DNA from: Dysgonamonadaceae bacterium
GTDB taxonomy: Bacteria; Bacteroidota; Bacteroidia; Bacteroidales; Azobacteroidaceae
DNA: 64,000 nucleotides
Reading direction: 5' to 3'
Assembly: GCA_031267615.1 (NCBI GenBank)
Contig: JAIRYM010000019.1
Span: 5,430-69,429, forward strand
The notes below the pieces were generated by a model. The model did no database searches and was not told where the DNA came from. It was given only the letters and a program-made list of their open reading frames with translations. Shown here in pieces: positions 20,795 through 32,241 of the stretch. Made by a program: the position numbers and the translations under genes. The first letter of the stretch is position 1, and each line of letters begins with the position of its first letter.

Positions 20795-21844
20795 ATGAAA
20801 CAACTATTTAGGGTTTTATTTACAAAAAGATTGTATGTAGCAGGGTATACTGCATTACTACTGACAAATGTACACGGACAGATTCCAAAAGATATAGATT
20901 TAACATTTGAAGATGTTAAAAAATTAAATAAAGAATTAAATCTCATTGCAAACAAAATAAATATCAAAGGACAAACTTTGCTCATAGATTCCGCCCTGCT
21001 AAAACGCGAGATGCAGAAAGAGGAAGAAATGATGCCTGCTGACGATTTGTATGACGGTGAATGGAATAACGAATATGTAAAAGCATATACCAGTATATCA
21101 ATCCCTGATTTCTATAAGATAGATGTTTCTCAATTCGTAATTCCGTTCAACGGATACGTAACTTCTCATTTTGGGGTGCGTCGCCACAGATTTCATTTCG
21201 GTACAGACATTAAATTGCAAATCGGCGATACTATTGTGGCTGCATTCGATGGAAAAGTTCGTATAAAAAAGGATCAAGGAAAACGAAAGGGTTATGGCAA
21301 ATATTTAGTTCTTCGTCATCCAAACGGACTTGAAACGATTTACGGACATTTGTCGGATTATCTTGTTGATTTTGATGAAACTGTGAAAGCGGGACAACCA
21401 ATCGGACTTGGCGGTAATACAGGACGTTCTTCAGGCTCACATCTTCATTTTGAATTTCGTTTTCTTGGAATGCCTGTAAATCCTGAAGAAATTGTGGATT
21501 TCGATAATGAATGTACTTTTGACGAGACTTATCTTTTTTCGAAATCAAAGTCCGAAAAATATAACTACAACTACGCTCGCAAAGCAACTTATCGACAAAA
21601 AGCAAAAACTACCGCCGCAAGAAAGAGTAGCGTTACTTCTCCAAAAACCTCAACCGCATCGTCAAAAACAACTAATAATACAGGTGTACAAAGCGGCAGA
21701 ATGGTGTATCACAAAATAAGAGAAGGTGATACTTTGGGCGAAATAGCCATGAAATACGGTACAACAATCTCAAAATTATGCAGATTGAACGGAGTAAATA
21801 CTAAAACCAAATTAAAAATAGGAAGTGTACTTCGTTGTTCATAA
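20795..21844 (+). CDS. M23 family peptidase with C-terminal LysM
   Basis: HFGTD, YGHLS, HLHFE; C-terminal HKIREGDTLGEIAMKYG LysM. Confidence 0.92.
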   Translation: MKQLFRVLFTKRLYVAGYTALLLTNVHGQIPKDIDLTFEDVKKLNKELNLIANKINIKGQTLLIDSALLKREMQKEEEMMPADDLYDGEWNNEYVKAYTSISIPDFYKIDVSQFVIPFNGYVTSHFGVRRHRFHFGTDIKLQIGDTIVAAFDGKVRIKKDQGKRKGYGKYLVLRHPNGLETIYGHLSDYLVDFDETVKAGQPIGLGGNTGRSSGSHLHFEFRFLGMPVNPEEIVDFDNECTFDETYLFSKSKSEKYNYNYARKATYRQKAKTTAARKSSVTSPKTSTASSKTTNNTGVQSGRMVYHKIREGDTLGEIAMKYGTTISKLCRLNGVNTKTKLKIGSVLRCS

Positions 21845-21879
21845 TTTTTTGTATCTTTGCGCCCGTTTAGTCGATTCAA

Positions 21880-22425
21880 ATGGATACAAAAGAACAATTT
21901 GATACAGTAATAACCGTTTGCAGAAGTCTCTTTGAGAAAAAACTTGAAGATTACGGCGCTTCGTGGCGTATTATGCGTCCAGAATCTGTAACTGACCAGA
22001 TTTTTATCAAAGCAAAACGTATCCGAAGTCTCGAAACTAAAGGCTCAGGAATGATTGGCGAAGACATTAGAGGTGAATTTATAGCAATCGTCAATTACGG
22101 TGTTATCGGCTTAATACAGTTGCAACTCGGCTTTTCGGATACCGTGGATATAGACAATCAAAAGGCCGTGGAACTTTATGATATTTTTATCACCAGAACT
22201 AAAGAACTGATGTACGCAAAAAATTACGATTACGATGAGGCGTGGCGTGATATACGCATAACTTCCTGTACTGATATAATTCTGCAAAAAATCTACCGAA
22301 CAAAGCAGATTGAGAACAATAAAGGTAAAACTATTGTGTCAGAAGGTATTGATGCCAATTACTCCGACATGATAAATTACTCACTGTTTTCAATAATAAA
22401 ATTGGATTATGAAATCGAAGATTAA
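21880..22425 (+). CDS. DUF1599 domain protein
   Basis: KKLEDYGASWR and KNYDYDEAWR duplicated motif; conserved position before DoxX-tpiA. Confidence 0.85.
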   Translation: MDTKEQFDTVITVCRSLFEKKLEDYGASWRIMRPESVTDQIFIKAKRIRSLETKGSGMIGEDIRGEFIAIVNYGVIGLIQLQLGFSDTVDIDNQKAVELYDIFITRTKELMYAKNYDYDEAWRDIRITSCTDIILQKIYRTKQIENNKGKTIVSEGIDANYSDMINYSLFSIIKLDYEIED

Positions 22426-23779
22426 AAAATTACTTATTGATATATGCCGTTGGGTTTTGGGCATAGTATTCTTATTTTCTGGCTTTGTAAAGGCGATAGA
22501 TCCGCTGGGCGGCACCTACAAAACAGGTGAATACCTTACAGCATTTAGGCTTGACTCATTCGCATTTTTTGAACTGCCAATATCTGTATTGCAGGCAGCT
22601 GTTGAGTTTACTGTTGGCGTATGCTTGCTGCTGAATGTTTATCGCAAAAACACAGCAATTTGGACATTCGTCATAATGGCGTTTATGACAGCGCTGACAT
22701 TCTACTTAGTGGTAATGGAACGTGCTAATCAGGGAATACCGATGGTTACGGACTGTGGCTGTTTTGGCGATGCGATTACACTTACTAATAAGCAGACTTT
22801 TTTGAAAAATATTGTACTGCTTGTTGCGGCATTCATTTTATTGCGGCACTATCAGATACTGAAACGTATTTATTCAAAAAAATACAGAGCAGTTGTTGTA
22901 ATATGGGCTTTTATGTTCAGTTTCGGCTTGTCATATTTTTGCTATAAATATTTGCCGCTCATTGATTTTCGCCCTTATACAATAGGAACTAACATCAAAG
23001 AAAAAATGCAGATTCCCGAAGGAGCTGCGCAACCAGAATACGAAACAACGCTGGTATATGCCAAAAACGGCAAAGAAAGAATGTTTTCCATAGATAATTA
23101 TCCAAAAGATACGACTTGGATTTTTGTCGACTCAAAATCTGTTTTGATAAACGAAGGATATGTTCCGCCAATCCACGATTTTTCAATTACAACTGAAAAT
23201 GGAGAAGATATTACGGAACACATCTTAAATAATCCGTCTTATTCTTTCCTGCTTATTTCAAATAGAATCAAAGAAGCAAAAAGAATAAGCATAGAATATA
23301 TCAACGAAATTTATACTTATGCACAACAATTTGGGTACGAATTTTATGCACTTACCTCTTCTCTACCTGCCGATATATACGAATGGGTAGAAAACAGTGG
23401 CGCCGAATATCCGTTCTGCACAACAGACGAAACAACTTTGAAGACAATTATTCGTTCCAATCCTGGCTTACTGCTGATCAAAGGTGGTACTATACTGAAC
23501 AAATGGTCTGCAAACGATTTGCCAGATATAGAAGCATTGAACGAGCAGCTTGACAATACTGATTTTGGCGAACAAGGCTCTAATAACAGTTTTGGAAAAA
23601 TTTTTGTGGCAGTGTTAATCTTTATTATCCCTCTGATTGTTTTATATCTTTACAACTATTATTTTCCAAATATACGAAAACATAAGCACAAGAGTATCAA
23701 AGATAATCATTATCTCAAACATATTATCAAAAAACAGAAAGAAGAAGAATTAAAACATATAAATCAACAATTAAAATGA
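22409..23779 (+). CDS. DoxX family membrane protein (BT_3928-like)
   Basis: [28 protein letters not shown]. Confidence 0.85.
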   Translation: MKSKIKKLLIDICRWVLGIVFLFSGFVKAIDPLGGTYKTGEYLTAFRLDSFAFFELPISVLQAAVEFTVGVCLLLNVYRKNTAIWTFVIMAFMTALTFYLVVMERANQGIPMVTDCGCFGDAITLTNKQTFLKNIVLLVAAFILLRHYQILKRIYSKKYRAVVVIWAFMFSFGLSYFCYKYLPLIDFRPYTIGTNIKEKMQIPEGAAQPEYETTLVYAKNGKERMFSIDNYPKDTTWIFVDSKSVLINEGYVPPIHDFSITTENGEDITEHILNNPSYSFLLISNRIKEAKRISIEYINEIYTYAQQFGYEFYALTSSLPADIYEWVENSGAEYPFCTTDETTLKTIIRSNPGLLLIKGGTILNKWSANDLPDIEALNEQLDNTDFGEQGSNNSFGKIFVAVLIFIIPLIVLYLYNYYFPNIRKHKHKSIKDNHYLKHIIKKQKEEELKHINQQLK

Positions 23780-24525
23780 GAAAAAACATTGTAGCAGGGA
23801 ACTGGAAAATGAACACTACCCTGCAAGAAGGAATCGCACTTGCGTACGGACTACAGGTAGCGCTCAACGAAAAAAAAACAAACTGTGATGTAATCATCTG
23901 CATACCGTTTATACATCTTGCATCAATTGCAGGTATTGTACAAACTGTCAGCGTTGGTGCGGAAAACTGTGCAGATAAGACATCTGGTGCATACACAGGT
24001 GAAGTGTCGGCGGCAATGATTGCCTCGACAGGAGCAAAATATGTAATTATAGGACACTCGGAACGCCGTGCATATTACGGTGAAAGCAACGCTATTCTAA
24101 AAGAGAAAACGTTGTTGGCGCTTGCTAACGGACTGACGCCTATTTTCTGTATCGGTGAAGTACTTGAAGAACGTGAAGCAGGTAAACAGAACGAAATTGT
24201 CAAAAAACAGATTTCCGAATCTCTGTTTGATTTATCAGCAGAAGATTTTGGGAAAATCATACTTGCCTATGAGCCTGTATGGGCAATCGGAACCGGCAAA
24301 ACAGCGACTGTAGCGCAAGCGCAGGAAATTCACGCATTTATTCGTCAAACTGTTGCCGGCAAATATGGCAAAACAGTAGCCGACAACACTTCAATCCTTT
24401 ACGGTGGAAGTTGCAACGCAGGAAACGCTAAAGAACTGTTCGCTAATCCTGATGTTGACGGTGGACTTATTGGTGGCGCATCGCTGGCAATTGATAAATT
24501 TCTGCCAATTATTGAGGCATTTTGA
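23776..24525 (+). CDS. tpiA: triose-phosphate isomerase
   Basis: [34 protein letters not shown]. Confidence 0.98.
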   Translation: MRKNIVAGNWKMNTTLQEGIALAYGLQVALNEKKTNCDVIICIPFIHLASIAGIVQTVSVGAENCADKTSGAYTGEVSAAMIASTGAKYVIIGHSERRAYYGESNAILKEKTLLALANGLTPIFCIGEVLEEREAGKQNEIVKKQISESLFDLSAEDFGKIILAYEPVWAIGTGKTATVAQAQEIHAFIRQTVAGKYGKTVADNTSILYGGSCNAGNAKELFANPDVDGGLIGGASLAIDKFLPIIEAF

Positions 24526-24532
24526 TTATTTA

Positions 24533-25411
24533 ATGAGAATATTCAAAATAAAGCAGGCAATATTGCTGCAAGAGATTCAAGATGAATGTATTATTATCTT
24601 TGGACTAATATTGTACGCACTTGGCTGGACAGGTTTTCTTCTGCCCAGCCAAATTACTACAGGCGGCGTTACAGGCGTTGGTGCGCTTGTTTTCTTTGCC
24701 ACAGGCATTCCTGTGGCAATAACTTATTTTTCAATAAATTGCTTGCTGTTGGTAATCTCAATAAAAGTTTTTGGTTTCAAATTCAGCATCAAAACCATAG
24801 TCAGTGTACTGATTCTAACGTTTTTGCTGTCAGTAGCGCAACATATTATAAAAGAACCGCTTGTCAAGGGCGAGCCATTCATGAATTGCATACTTGGCGG
24901 CGTGATGTGCGGAATGGGACTCGGCTTAGTGTTTAACTTCAAGGGCAGTACAGGCGGAACGGATATTATCGCTCTGCTTATACACAAATACCGTAACATT
25001 TCAATCGGCAAGGGACTGTTAATTTGCGATTTGTTCATTATCTGTTCTTCGTATATTGTGTTTCAAAGTATTGAAAAAATTGTGTATGGACTTGTTGTGA
25101 TGGGCGTTTCGTCATACACGGTCGATATGGTTTTGAATGGTGCGCGGCAGTCGGTGCAGTTTTTTATCTTTTCCGAAAAATTCGTCCAAATTGCAGATAC
25201 AATCAATTCGCAAGCGCATCGCGGCTGTACAGTGCTTGACGGTACAGGCTGGTATTCCAAGCATCCAGTAAAAATTGTCGTAGTAATGGCTAAAAAAACA
25301 GAGTCCGTAACAATTTTCCGTATTGTGAAAAATATTGACTCTAAAGCGTTTATCTCACAGAGTTCGGTTATTGGCGTTTATGGACAGGGATTTGACCAGT
25401 TAGAATCATAA
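24533..25411 (+). CDS. YitT family membrane protein
   Basis: TTGGVTG, GSTGGTDI, RGCT..G.GWYS, VYGQGF; start taken at ATG 24533. Confidence 0.88.
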   Translation: MRIFKIKQAILLQEIQDECIIIFGLILYALGWTGFLLPSQITTGGVTGVGALVFFATGIPVAITYFSINCLLLVISIKVFGFKFSIKTIVSVLILTFLLSVAQHIIKEPLVKGEPFMNCILGGVMCGMGLGLVFNFKGSTGGTDIIALLIHKYRNISIGKGLLICDLFIICSSYIVFQSIEKIVYGLVVMGVSSYTVDMVLNGARQSVQFFIFSEKFVQIADTINSQAHRGCTVLDGTGWYSKHPVKIVVVMAKKTESVTIFRIVKNIDSKAFISQSSVIGVYGQGFDQLES

Positions 25412-25916
25412 TTTCTTCTATTTTTTCATTTAATTTTCCTGATTCAAACAGCGTTTCGCAATCAATAATGATAGCAGCTTTTTCGTAAAATGGCTGTCGC
25501 TGTTGCAGGCTGTTTTTTACAAACTCTTTCAGTTCTTCGGACGATTTGCCTTTTATCAAAGGGCGTTTCTGATAGGCAGTAGCGAGACGATTGGCAAGTT
25601 CAGCGGCACTCGTTTTCAAATAGACTGTCAATCCTGTTGCATTCATCACTTCCATATTGTCGAAAAAACAGGGTAATCCTCCGCCGGTGGAAATAACAAC
25701 GTTTTCAAAATATGCAACTTCCTGCAACGCTCGCCGTTCGATTTCACGAAACCCGCTTTCGCCACGTTCTTCAAATATCTCGGAAACAGTTTTTCGATAA
25801 CGATTTTCGATGAACAAATCCATATCAATAAACTGTAAACCAAGCCTTGCAGCAAGATGCTGTCCAACTGTTGTCTTGCCAGAAGCCATATAACCGGTAA
25901 AAAAAATTGGTTTCAC
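25368..25916 (-). CDS. aroK: shikimate kinase
   Basis: GYMASGKTT, GESGFREIE, STGGG, RPL; probable GTG start at 25916. Confidence 0.93.
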   Translation of the reverse strand: MKPIFFTGYMASGKTTVGQHLAARLGLQFIDMDLFIENRYRKTVSEIFEERGESGFREIERRALQEVAYFENVVISTGGGLPCFFDNMEVMNATGLTVYLKTSAAELANRLATAYQKRPLIKGKSSEELKEFVKNSLQQRQPFYEKAAIIIDCETLFESGKLNEKIEEIMILTGQIPVHKRQ

Positions 25917-25920
25917 TTTT

Positions 25921-26424
25921 CTATTTTTCTGAACAAAGTATTTCAAAACCGTAAATAATCATATATGACAGCGCAAAACTGCCTGCAATGCGTAATGCAA
26001 GCAAATGTGGTACGGCAAACGCTCCTGTTTCTATTGCATTTAATAATATAATGTGCAGCAATGTAGCAGTTCCTGCATAGCGCAGAAATATGTTTCTTCC
26101 GAAAGTACTGAAAGATGGTACAACATTGTCGGTTATATCTCTTGGCGTAAACAAGTAAAGCAACCAGTATCGCATAAAACCTGAAATAACCATAATCAGC
26201 ATATTAAGTCCCAAAGTGTAACCGAAAGTGTCGATTGCAAGACCCATCAGCGCAGCAAGTAACAAGACAACATTGCGATTGAGGCGAACAGGCAGTTTTA
26301 TGAGAAAATATATATAAACAACAGGGGTTGCTATGCCAAACAAATTTATCTGATTGAACAGGCTGACTTGCAAAAGTACAAGTAGAATAAACATAACTGT
26401 TTGCTGTAAAAAAACTTTAGTCAT
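25921..26424 (-). CDS. mreD: rod shape-determining protein MreD
   Basis: Hydrophobic 167 aa; LLQV..FNQI.LFG.ATP.VYIYF..KLP, GL.ID.F..T.G.N; follows mreC. Confidence 0.85.
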   Translation of the reverse strand: MTKVFLQQTVMFILLVLLQVSLFNQINLFGIATPVVYIYFLIKLPVRLNRNVVLLLAALMGLAIDTFGYTLGLNMLIMVISGFMRYWLLYLFTPRDITDNVVPSFSTFGRNIFLRYAGTATLLHIILLNAIETGAFAVPHLLALRIAGSFALSYMIIYGFEILCSEK

Positions 26425-27266
26425 TGATCTACTCCTTTCTCTAATTCATTCCGTTCTTTTTTCTGTAGATTTTCTATTATCAACACTTCATGCAAGGTGC
26501 TGAAATCGGTTAATAATTTTATTTGTAATAAATTAGAATTGCCAGCCTTTTGTCTTACAGCATTTGTGATTATGCCAACAGGAACTCCTTCAGGGAAAGT
26601 TGCAGAAAAACCACTTGTTACAATCGTATCGCCCATCTTATAGACAGTATGGCTCGGCAGTTCACCGAGGTTAGAATATCGCGAATCGTGTCCATCCCAA
26701 ATCAGTGAGCCGAAGAAGTTGCTTGATTTGATTTTACAACTCAATCGCGAATTTGGATTCAGTAATGGTATCACTCTCGAAAAATTCGATGAAACGCTCA
26801 TTACAAGTCCGACAACAGCGCCTTCTGCCGATACGACTCCCATATCTTCGCGAATACCGTCGGCAATGCCTTTGTCGAGTGTGATATAATTTTCTGTTCC
26901 TGAAATGCTGTTGTGTACTAGTCGGGCTGCAAAGAAGCGCCAGTGAGACGTATTGAGGACAGACGAACTGTCATATTTTATTGTTGTGAAGTTATTTTCT
27001 CTAATCTGATATTTATATTGAAGCAATTCCTGTTCAAGGATTGCGATTCTCTCTGTCAATGCGGCGTTATCGCGCTTCAGGTGCAGATATGATCTTATTG
27101 TACCGGAAACGGTGTGCATCTTGCCTGCAACATCCTGCGATATGTCGAGATAACGGCTACGTTGCAGTTCGTCATTATTTATAAGCAGCCAGCCGGCAAT
27201 ACAGATAAGCACGAGAAAAAATATCCAATGAAAATTACTGATTATAATATGAAGTAAATTTTTCAT
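26421..27266 (-). CDS. mreC: rod shape-determining protein MreC
   Basis: NYITLDKG..DGI..DMGVVS, GDTIVTSGFS..FPEGVPVG. Confidence 0.92.
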   Translation of the reverse strand: MKNLLHIIISNFHWIFFLVLICIAGWLLINNDELQRSRYLDISQDVAGKMHTVSGTIRSYLHLKRDNAALTERIAILEQELLQYKYQIRENNFTTIKYDSSSVLNTSHWRFFAARLVHNSISGTENYITLDKGIADGIREDMGVVSAEGAVVGLVMSVSSNFSRVIPLLNPNSRLSCKIKSSNFFGSLIWDGHDSRYSNLGELPSHTVYKMGDTIVTSGFSATFPEGVPVGIITNAVRQKAGNSNLLQIKLLTDFSTLHEVLIIENLQKKERNELEKGVDQ

Positions 27267-27868
27267 CTCAGGTATAATATTGATTCATTACCTGTATTAA
27301 AAAGCAGGTCTATGATGCTTAAATTAGGCTGAAATCCGTATTGCTCTGCAAAATTCTGATAATACAAAGGAAAATTGGCTGCGTCAATCGTGCGTTTCGG
27401 ATTTATCATTTCTCGTAAATCTGTTATTTCACTGTTATATTTTTCTATGAATGAATGTGAATAAGTAATTTGTGGTGAAATATCTAACAACATGCAAACT
27501 GTTTCTCTTAATTCTTCATTAAAATCAAAGAGAAAATTATATTTCTTTTCGTAAAATGGATGAAAATCGTCGGCATAATATTCGAAAAAAGGTGTTGAAC
27601 TGTATGCAGAAATGATTGAATTCCAGTGAATATGTCGCCAGTTACCATGTTCTGCAACACGAATATCTTTTGTCAGACATTTGGGCGAACCGGGCTTGAC
27701 AACAGGTACGGTAAGCGTCTGTAAACCGTTTGCAGCAGCAATAACGTATCTGTTACGGTATGTCTGTTTCACATAATTATCGTTCCGCTCAATGATTACA
27801 TTTCTGTGAATGTTTATCTCACGGTAATATTCAACGGGAGCCAGACAGAATGATGAAAGAATCAGCAT
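27263..27868 (-). CDS. WbqC family protein
   Basis: KQTYRNR, AYSSTPFFEYY, NLSIIDLLFN.G. Confidence 0.88.
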   Translation of the reverse strand: MLILSSFCLAPVEYYREINIHRNVIIERNDNYVKQTYRNRYVIAAANGLQTLTVPVVKPGSPKCLTKDIRVAEHGNWRHIHWNSIISAYSSTPFFEYYADDFHPFYEKKYNFLFDFNEELRETVCMLLDISPQITYSHSFIEKYNSEITDLREMINPKRTIDAANFPLYYQNFAEQYGFQPNLSIIDLLFNTGNESILYLR

Positions 27869-27981
27869 TTTCTATTTGAATGATTTCTGTAAAACATCTG
27901 CAAGTTACGATTTTTATTTGGAACTGTTATCATTTTTATTTAAAAAAACTGCATATTTATTGTTTTTGCAGACTTTTTACA

Positions 27982-30273
27982 TTACTGTTGAATGAAGCGA
28001 GGTGCAAATATTAAATATCCAATGTTCAAACCAAAATTCCAGTTGCGGGCAGGGTAACTGTAATAATTTCCAAACAGACTTATATTCATAAAAGGTAATC
28101 GGGCAACGACAGCGATTTCACCCAGATATGATGAATGGTCAAACTTGCTGCCTTTATACGATACATTATTGTTATCTTTTTGTACAGGCCATACAGGGAA
28201 AAATCCGTGAAAATCGCCCCTGACGTGAAATGTTGAATTTAGTTTAAACACTGGAATCAGTCCGCCGGCGAAATAGTTATAAGCCCTGAAAGCTTGGTTG
28301 AATGTAATTATGCTGTGAGGCGTCGGAGAATAGGTTGGCGCTTGAAGAATTGATGCCTGGTAATTGTTCAAAAACTGTTTTGTAGAAGCTACTCCCTGTA
28401 CCCTGAAGCCAAGATTAAACTTCCTGTTCATATTATACATATTGTACATCATTCCTTCAATTTGAAGCCAGGAGTGGTGTTGAGTATGCATGGATAACGG
28501 GTTTTGAGGATGATTGGCTGGTGTGAATTTTTCTTCACCGGAAATGTATTGAAGGAAAAAGTGATGTTTTTTTCCCCTGAGCTCGTATTGCTTAGAGTCC
28601 ATTGTATTCTTTGTAAAGAAAGTACCTGTGTGAAAAAATTTGTATAAGCTTACATCGAACCCTGTTGCGGAGAGAAATTCGTCGGCGTGATATTTATCTT
28701 CCAATACCCCATATCCGGTCATGATTTCTACTTTTGCCTGATAGGTTAACGGGAATCCAAAACCGATTTTCCCAAAAGTTTCCCGCTGATGGATATAGGA
28801 AAAAACTCCGGCGTCAATAAACAGTTCGTCACTCTTAAAGTATTTGTAGTAATTGTAAAAGATTGAGGCGTATATATCTATCGGAACAGGAGTTGGAAGT
28901 TCTATCCGTCCTGAAAGCGATGCGCCGCTGAATGAGTTGCCGACCTGCATGTCCAAATTTATTTTCGACGCGACTGTTGTCAGGTTCTGATAGCTCAAAC
29001 CGAGATAGAGCTGATTTGCGCTCATGGACGATACGTTTCCGCCAAAGCCGATACCGATTTCATCTTTTATCTTGACGTCAAGAAAGAGGTCGAATACATT
29101 ATTTTCGGCATCATAAACGGCTGAAGGGAAGATTTCCTGGACTTTGGAATTGGAAAGCAGCCGGAAATAGTTGCGCTTAAATTCTTCTATTGAGAAATAA
29201 TTGTCTTTACCTCTGTTGATCTGGTTTTCAAAATAGTGTTTCTGGGCATTGTTGATGCCGGTTATGTAAATGTTTCTAAATCGCATGGGTGGAAGTGATT
29301 CTTTATATTTGAGCCTTCGTGCATCTACTTCACTTTTCTTGACTTCTCTGCCGGTGTGTGATTTGATTTGCGATATCATTTCTACGGTACGGTTATAGCC
29401 GATTTCAAATAACTCGCGAGATTTGTAGAAATCCATAAGGTTGACGTCTTCAAGGTCAAATTTCATTGTAATGCCGTCTTCCGGATTTACATCATAGACA
29501 GTCTGCTGCATGATCATGTTTTCCATAAAATCATACATCCCCATATCTTCCAGACGTTTCTGCCTGATTACTGATGAGCCGATTATGAAGTCGGGATGAA
29601 ATGCGGTTTTCATGGCATTGACTGGAAAATTGTCGTAAATTCCGCCGTCGAACAGTGGAATACTGTCATGATAAATGGGCTTGAAGACTAATGGAAATGT
29701 CATCGAGGCACGGACTGCGTCTTCTAATTTGCCATGCCTGAAAATAATGGATTTCTTATTGTAGACGTCGGAGGCGGTACAGAGAAAGGGGACAAACAGG
29801 CTGTCAAAATTGCATTTGCTCTGGGCATCTGCCTGAGCATAAAGCTGCATAAAAGCCTGATTTATCTGAACCGGATTTATCAGATTTGTTGGAAACATTG
29901 ATGATGACATTTTTACCGAGTCTTTGAACGGGACTAAAACCCGCATTAAATCAGGCATGTCTGGCGGTTTGCGGAAATAGAACCTGTACATGTCTTCTAT
30001 CTTGCCGGTTTGCCAGTGATTGAAATTATCGGACATAAACAGGTCAAGTATCTCGTCGGGCGAGTAACCGATTGAATACAGGCTCCCGACAACTGCGCCG
30101 ATGGAGGTGCCGGATATGTAATCTATCGGTATGTTATTGTCTTCAAGGGCTTTTAATATGCCGATATGGACAGCGCCCTTGGCGCCGCCGCCGCTGAATA
30201 CTAATCCTGTGCTCTGTCCCTGTAAAGAAAAAAGATAAAAAATGCAGATTAAAAAAGTAATTATTTTTTTCAT
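27982..30273 (-). CDS. patatin-like phospholipase with C-terminal beta-barrel-like region
   Basis: SGGGAKG, GTSIG, DGG; signal peptide. Confidence 0.9.
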   Translation of the reverse strand: MKKIITFLICIFYLFSLQGQSTGLVFSGGGAKGAVHIGILKALEDNNIPIDYISGTSIGAVVGSLYSIGYSPDEILDLFMSDNFNHWQTGKIEDMYRFYFRKPPDMPDLMRVLVPFKDSVKMSSSMFPTNLINPVQINQAFMQLYAQADAQSKCNFDSLFVPFLCTASDVYNKKSIIFRHGKLEDAVRASMTFPLVFKPIYHDSIPLFDGGIYDNFPVNAMKTAFHPDFIIGSSVIRQKRLEDMGMYDFMENMIMQQTVYDVNPEDGITMKFDLEDVNLMDFYKSRELFEIGYNRTVEMISQIKSHTGREVKKSEVDARRLKYKESLPPMRFRNIYITGINNAQKHYFENQINRGKDNYFSIEEFKRNYFRLLSNSKVQEIFPSAVYDAENNVFDLFLDVKIKDEIGIGFGGNVSSMSANQLYLGLSYQNLTTVASKINLDMQVGNSFSGASLSGRIELPTPVPIDIYASIFYNYYKYFKSDELFIDAGVFSYIHQRETFGKIGFGFPLTYQAKVEIMTGYGVLEDKYHADEFLSATGFDVSLYKFFHTGTFFTKNTMDSKQYELRGKKHHFFLQYISGEEKFTPANHPQNPLSMHTQHHSWLQIEGMMYNMYNMNRKFNLGFRVQGVASTKQFLNNYQASILQAPTYSPTPHSIITFNQAFRAYNYFAGGLIPVFKLNSTFHVRGDFHGFFPVWPVQKDNNNVSYKGSKFDHSSYLGEIAVVARLPFMNISLFGNYYSYPARNWNFGLNIGYLIFAPRFIQQ

Positions 30274-31280
30274 ATATAATTAACTTCCGGAGTCAGTTCG
30301 ATATAGAATTTATTTCTTACTGTACTGCGAATTTCGTCTGCAAGTGCAGCGATGTCGCTTCCTGTGGCGTTTTTTTTGTTTATAATTATGAGTGGATGGC
30401 GTCTGCTGACTGCGGCGCCGCCAAATGTTTTTCCTTTTAGCCCGCAACTTTCTATCAGCCACGCTGCCGGTATTTTTACCGCCCTGTCATTGACGGGAAA
30501 GGAAGGTATTTCGGGATAAATTTTTTTTAATTCTTCATAATGGTTTTTGCTGATGTAAGGATTGACAAAAAAACTTCCTGCATTGCCTTCTTTTTTGAGG
30601 TCCGGCAACTTTGACCGGCGAATGTCAATCACTGTCTGTCTCACCGTCTTTATGTCCAGCGGTTTTCCCCACATAAATGAGCGAATGTTCCCGTAATCAA
30701 GCTTCAGCACAGGCTTCTTTAGCAGCCGGAAAATTACGTATGTTATATAGTATTTTCCCCTGTTTCTAATTCTTTTAAAAAAACTTTTCCGGTATGAATA
30801 TTGACAGTCCGAATTTGTAAACTTCTGCTTTTCCATCGTTTCTATATTATATGCAAATACTGCGTAGACGGATTCCGAAACCTCTGTGCCATAAGCACCT
30901 ATGTTCTGCACAACTGCCGCGCCGATTTCGCCCGGTATCATCGACAAATTTTCTATGCCTCCAAAATTATTCTCTACGCAGTAGTTGACAAATGAATCCC
31001 AGTTTTCTCCTGCGCCAACTTTGATGTACATATAATTATCGTCTTCCATTATTTTCTCTGTTCCTCTGATCGCGGAATGGACTACAATTCCGTTGTAGTC
31101 TCCGAGGAATAAAAGGTTACTGCCACAGCCGATATGCCAAAACTGCTCTGATATAAAATATTCGTCGGAAAGCAGTGTGCGAAGTTCCTGTTCACTGTCA
31201 TATTCGACAAAATATTTAGCCTTAACGTCTAAATGAAAAGTATTGTGTTTTAACAGTGAGTAATTATTTTCTATTCTCAT
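30270..31280 (-). CDS. murB: UDP-N-acetylmuramate dehydrogenase
   Basis: G.GSNLLF, ENLSMIPG, QNIGAYG, GNAGSFF.NP, L.PEV; start at MRIENNY (31280). Confidence 0.95.
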   Translation of the reverse strand: MRIENNYSLLKHNTFHLDVKAKYFVEYDSEQELRTLLSDEYFISEQFWHIGCGSNLLFLGDYNGIVVHSAIRGTEKIMEDDNYMYIKVGAGENWDSFVNYCVENNFGGIENLSMIPGEIGAAVVQNIGAYGTEVSESVYAVFAYNIETMEKQKFTNSDCQYSYRKSFFKRIRNRGKYYITYVIFRLLKKPVLKLDYGNIRSFMWGKPLDIKTVRQTVIDIRRSKLPDLKKEGNAGSFFVNPYISKNHYEELKKIYPEIPSFPVNDRAVKIPAAWLIESCGLKGKTFGGAAVSRRHPLIIINKKNATGSDIAALADEIRSTVRNKFYIELTPEVNYI

Positions 31281-31383
31281 CGCAGATATGTATAATAATG
31301 TGTATTTTATTTTATTGCAAAGGTAATCAATATTTTTGGATATGAAAAACTTTTCGTACTTTTGTGGCGATTTTAATATTATT

Positions 31384-32241
31384 ATGAAAATATTGCTTAA
31401 AATAACAGTTATGCTTGCACTTGTATCGTGCACCGGGAAGTCTGTGAAGCAGAACCGGATTATGGTTACCATAGAACCACAAAGGTATTTTACGGAAGAA
31501 ATAGCAGGATTCCGGTTTGAAACAGAATCACTTGTGCCGTCGGGAGTAAGTCCTGAAACTTACGATCCTGCACCGCAGCAGATGCTTTCAGTTTCCCGTT
31601 CAAGAGCTTTCTTTTATATCGGCTCACTGGGGTTTGAGACCGCATGGATAGATAAACTCAAAGCGAACAACAAAAATGTCGCGTTTTTCCGTAATGATAT
31701 TAATATCAGTACTGTAAATGCGGAAAATGAAGAATCGCACAGCGAGCATCACATCAGTCACGGCGCCGGAGATCCTCATGTATGGGCTTCTCCCAAAAAT
31801 GTACTCATTATGGCAGATAATATTTGCAGAGCGCTCAAAGAAATTGATCCGGAAAATGAAGAAACATATTCTGACAATACAGTTAAATTTAAAGAAACTG
31901 TTAATGAAATCGACAAAGAAATACGTGAACTGCTAAAAGATTCCAGACAAAAATCATTCATCATATTCCACCCTTCGCTTACTTATTTCGCACGCGACTA
32001 CGGCTTGACGCAATACGCAATAGAACTGGAAGGAAAAGAACCCTCCGCCGAACATTTGAAACATATAATAGATATTGCCAACCGCGACAATATCAGTACC
32101 ATATTTATACAGCAGGAGTTCGACGTCCGCAACGCAGAATTGGTCGCTGCCGAAACACAGTGCCGGATCGTCAAGATAAATCCGCTGTCGTACAACTGGA
32201 AAGCAGAAATGATAAACATCGCTAAAGCACTGTCGGAATGA
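31384..32241 (+). CDS. znuA: Zn/Mn ABC transporter substrate-binding lipoprotein (ZnuA-like)
   Basis: Lipobox LVSC; SPETYDP, His-rich loop, DPHVWASP, FHPSLTYFA, EGKEPS. Confidence 0.85.
   Translation: MKILLKITVMLALVSCTGKSVKQNRIMVTIEPQRYFTEEIAGFRFETESLVPSGVSPETYDPAPQQMLSVSRSRAFFYIGSLGFETAWIDKLKANNKNVAFFRNDINISTVNAENEESHSEHHISHGAGDPHVWASPKNVLIMADNICRALKEIDPENEETYSDNTVKFKETVNEIDKEIRELLKDSRQKSFIIFHPSLTYFARDYGLTQYAIELEGKEPSAEHLKHIIDIANRDNISTIFIQQEFDVRNAELVAAETQCRIVKINPLSYNWKAEMINIAKALSE

Noticed and set aside
25368-25411. 44-bp convergent overlap of aroK and the YitT gene
   Set aside because: Short tail overlaps are common and probably reflect stop-codon drift
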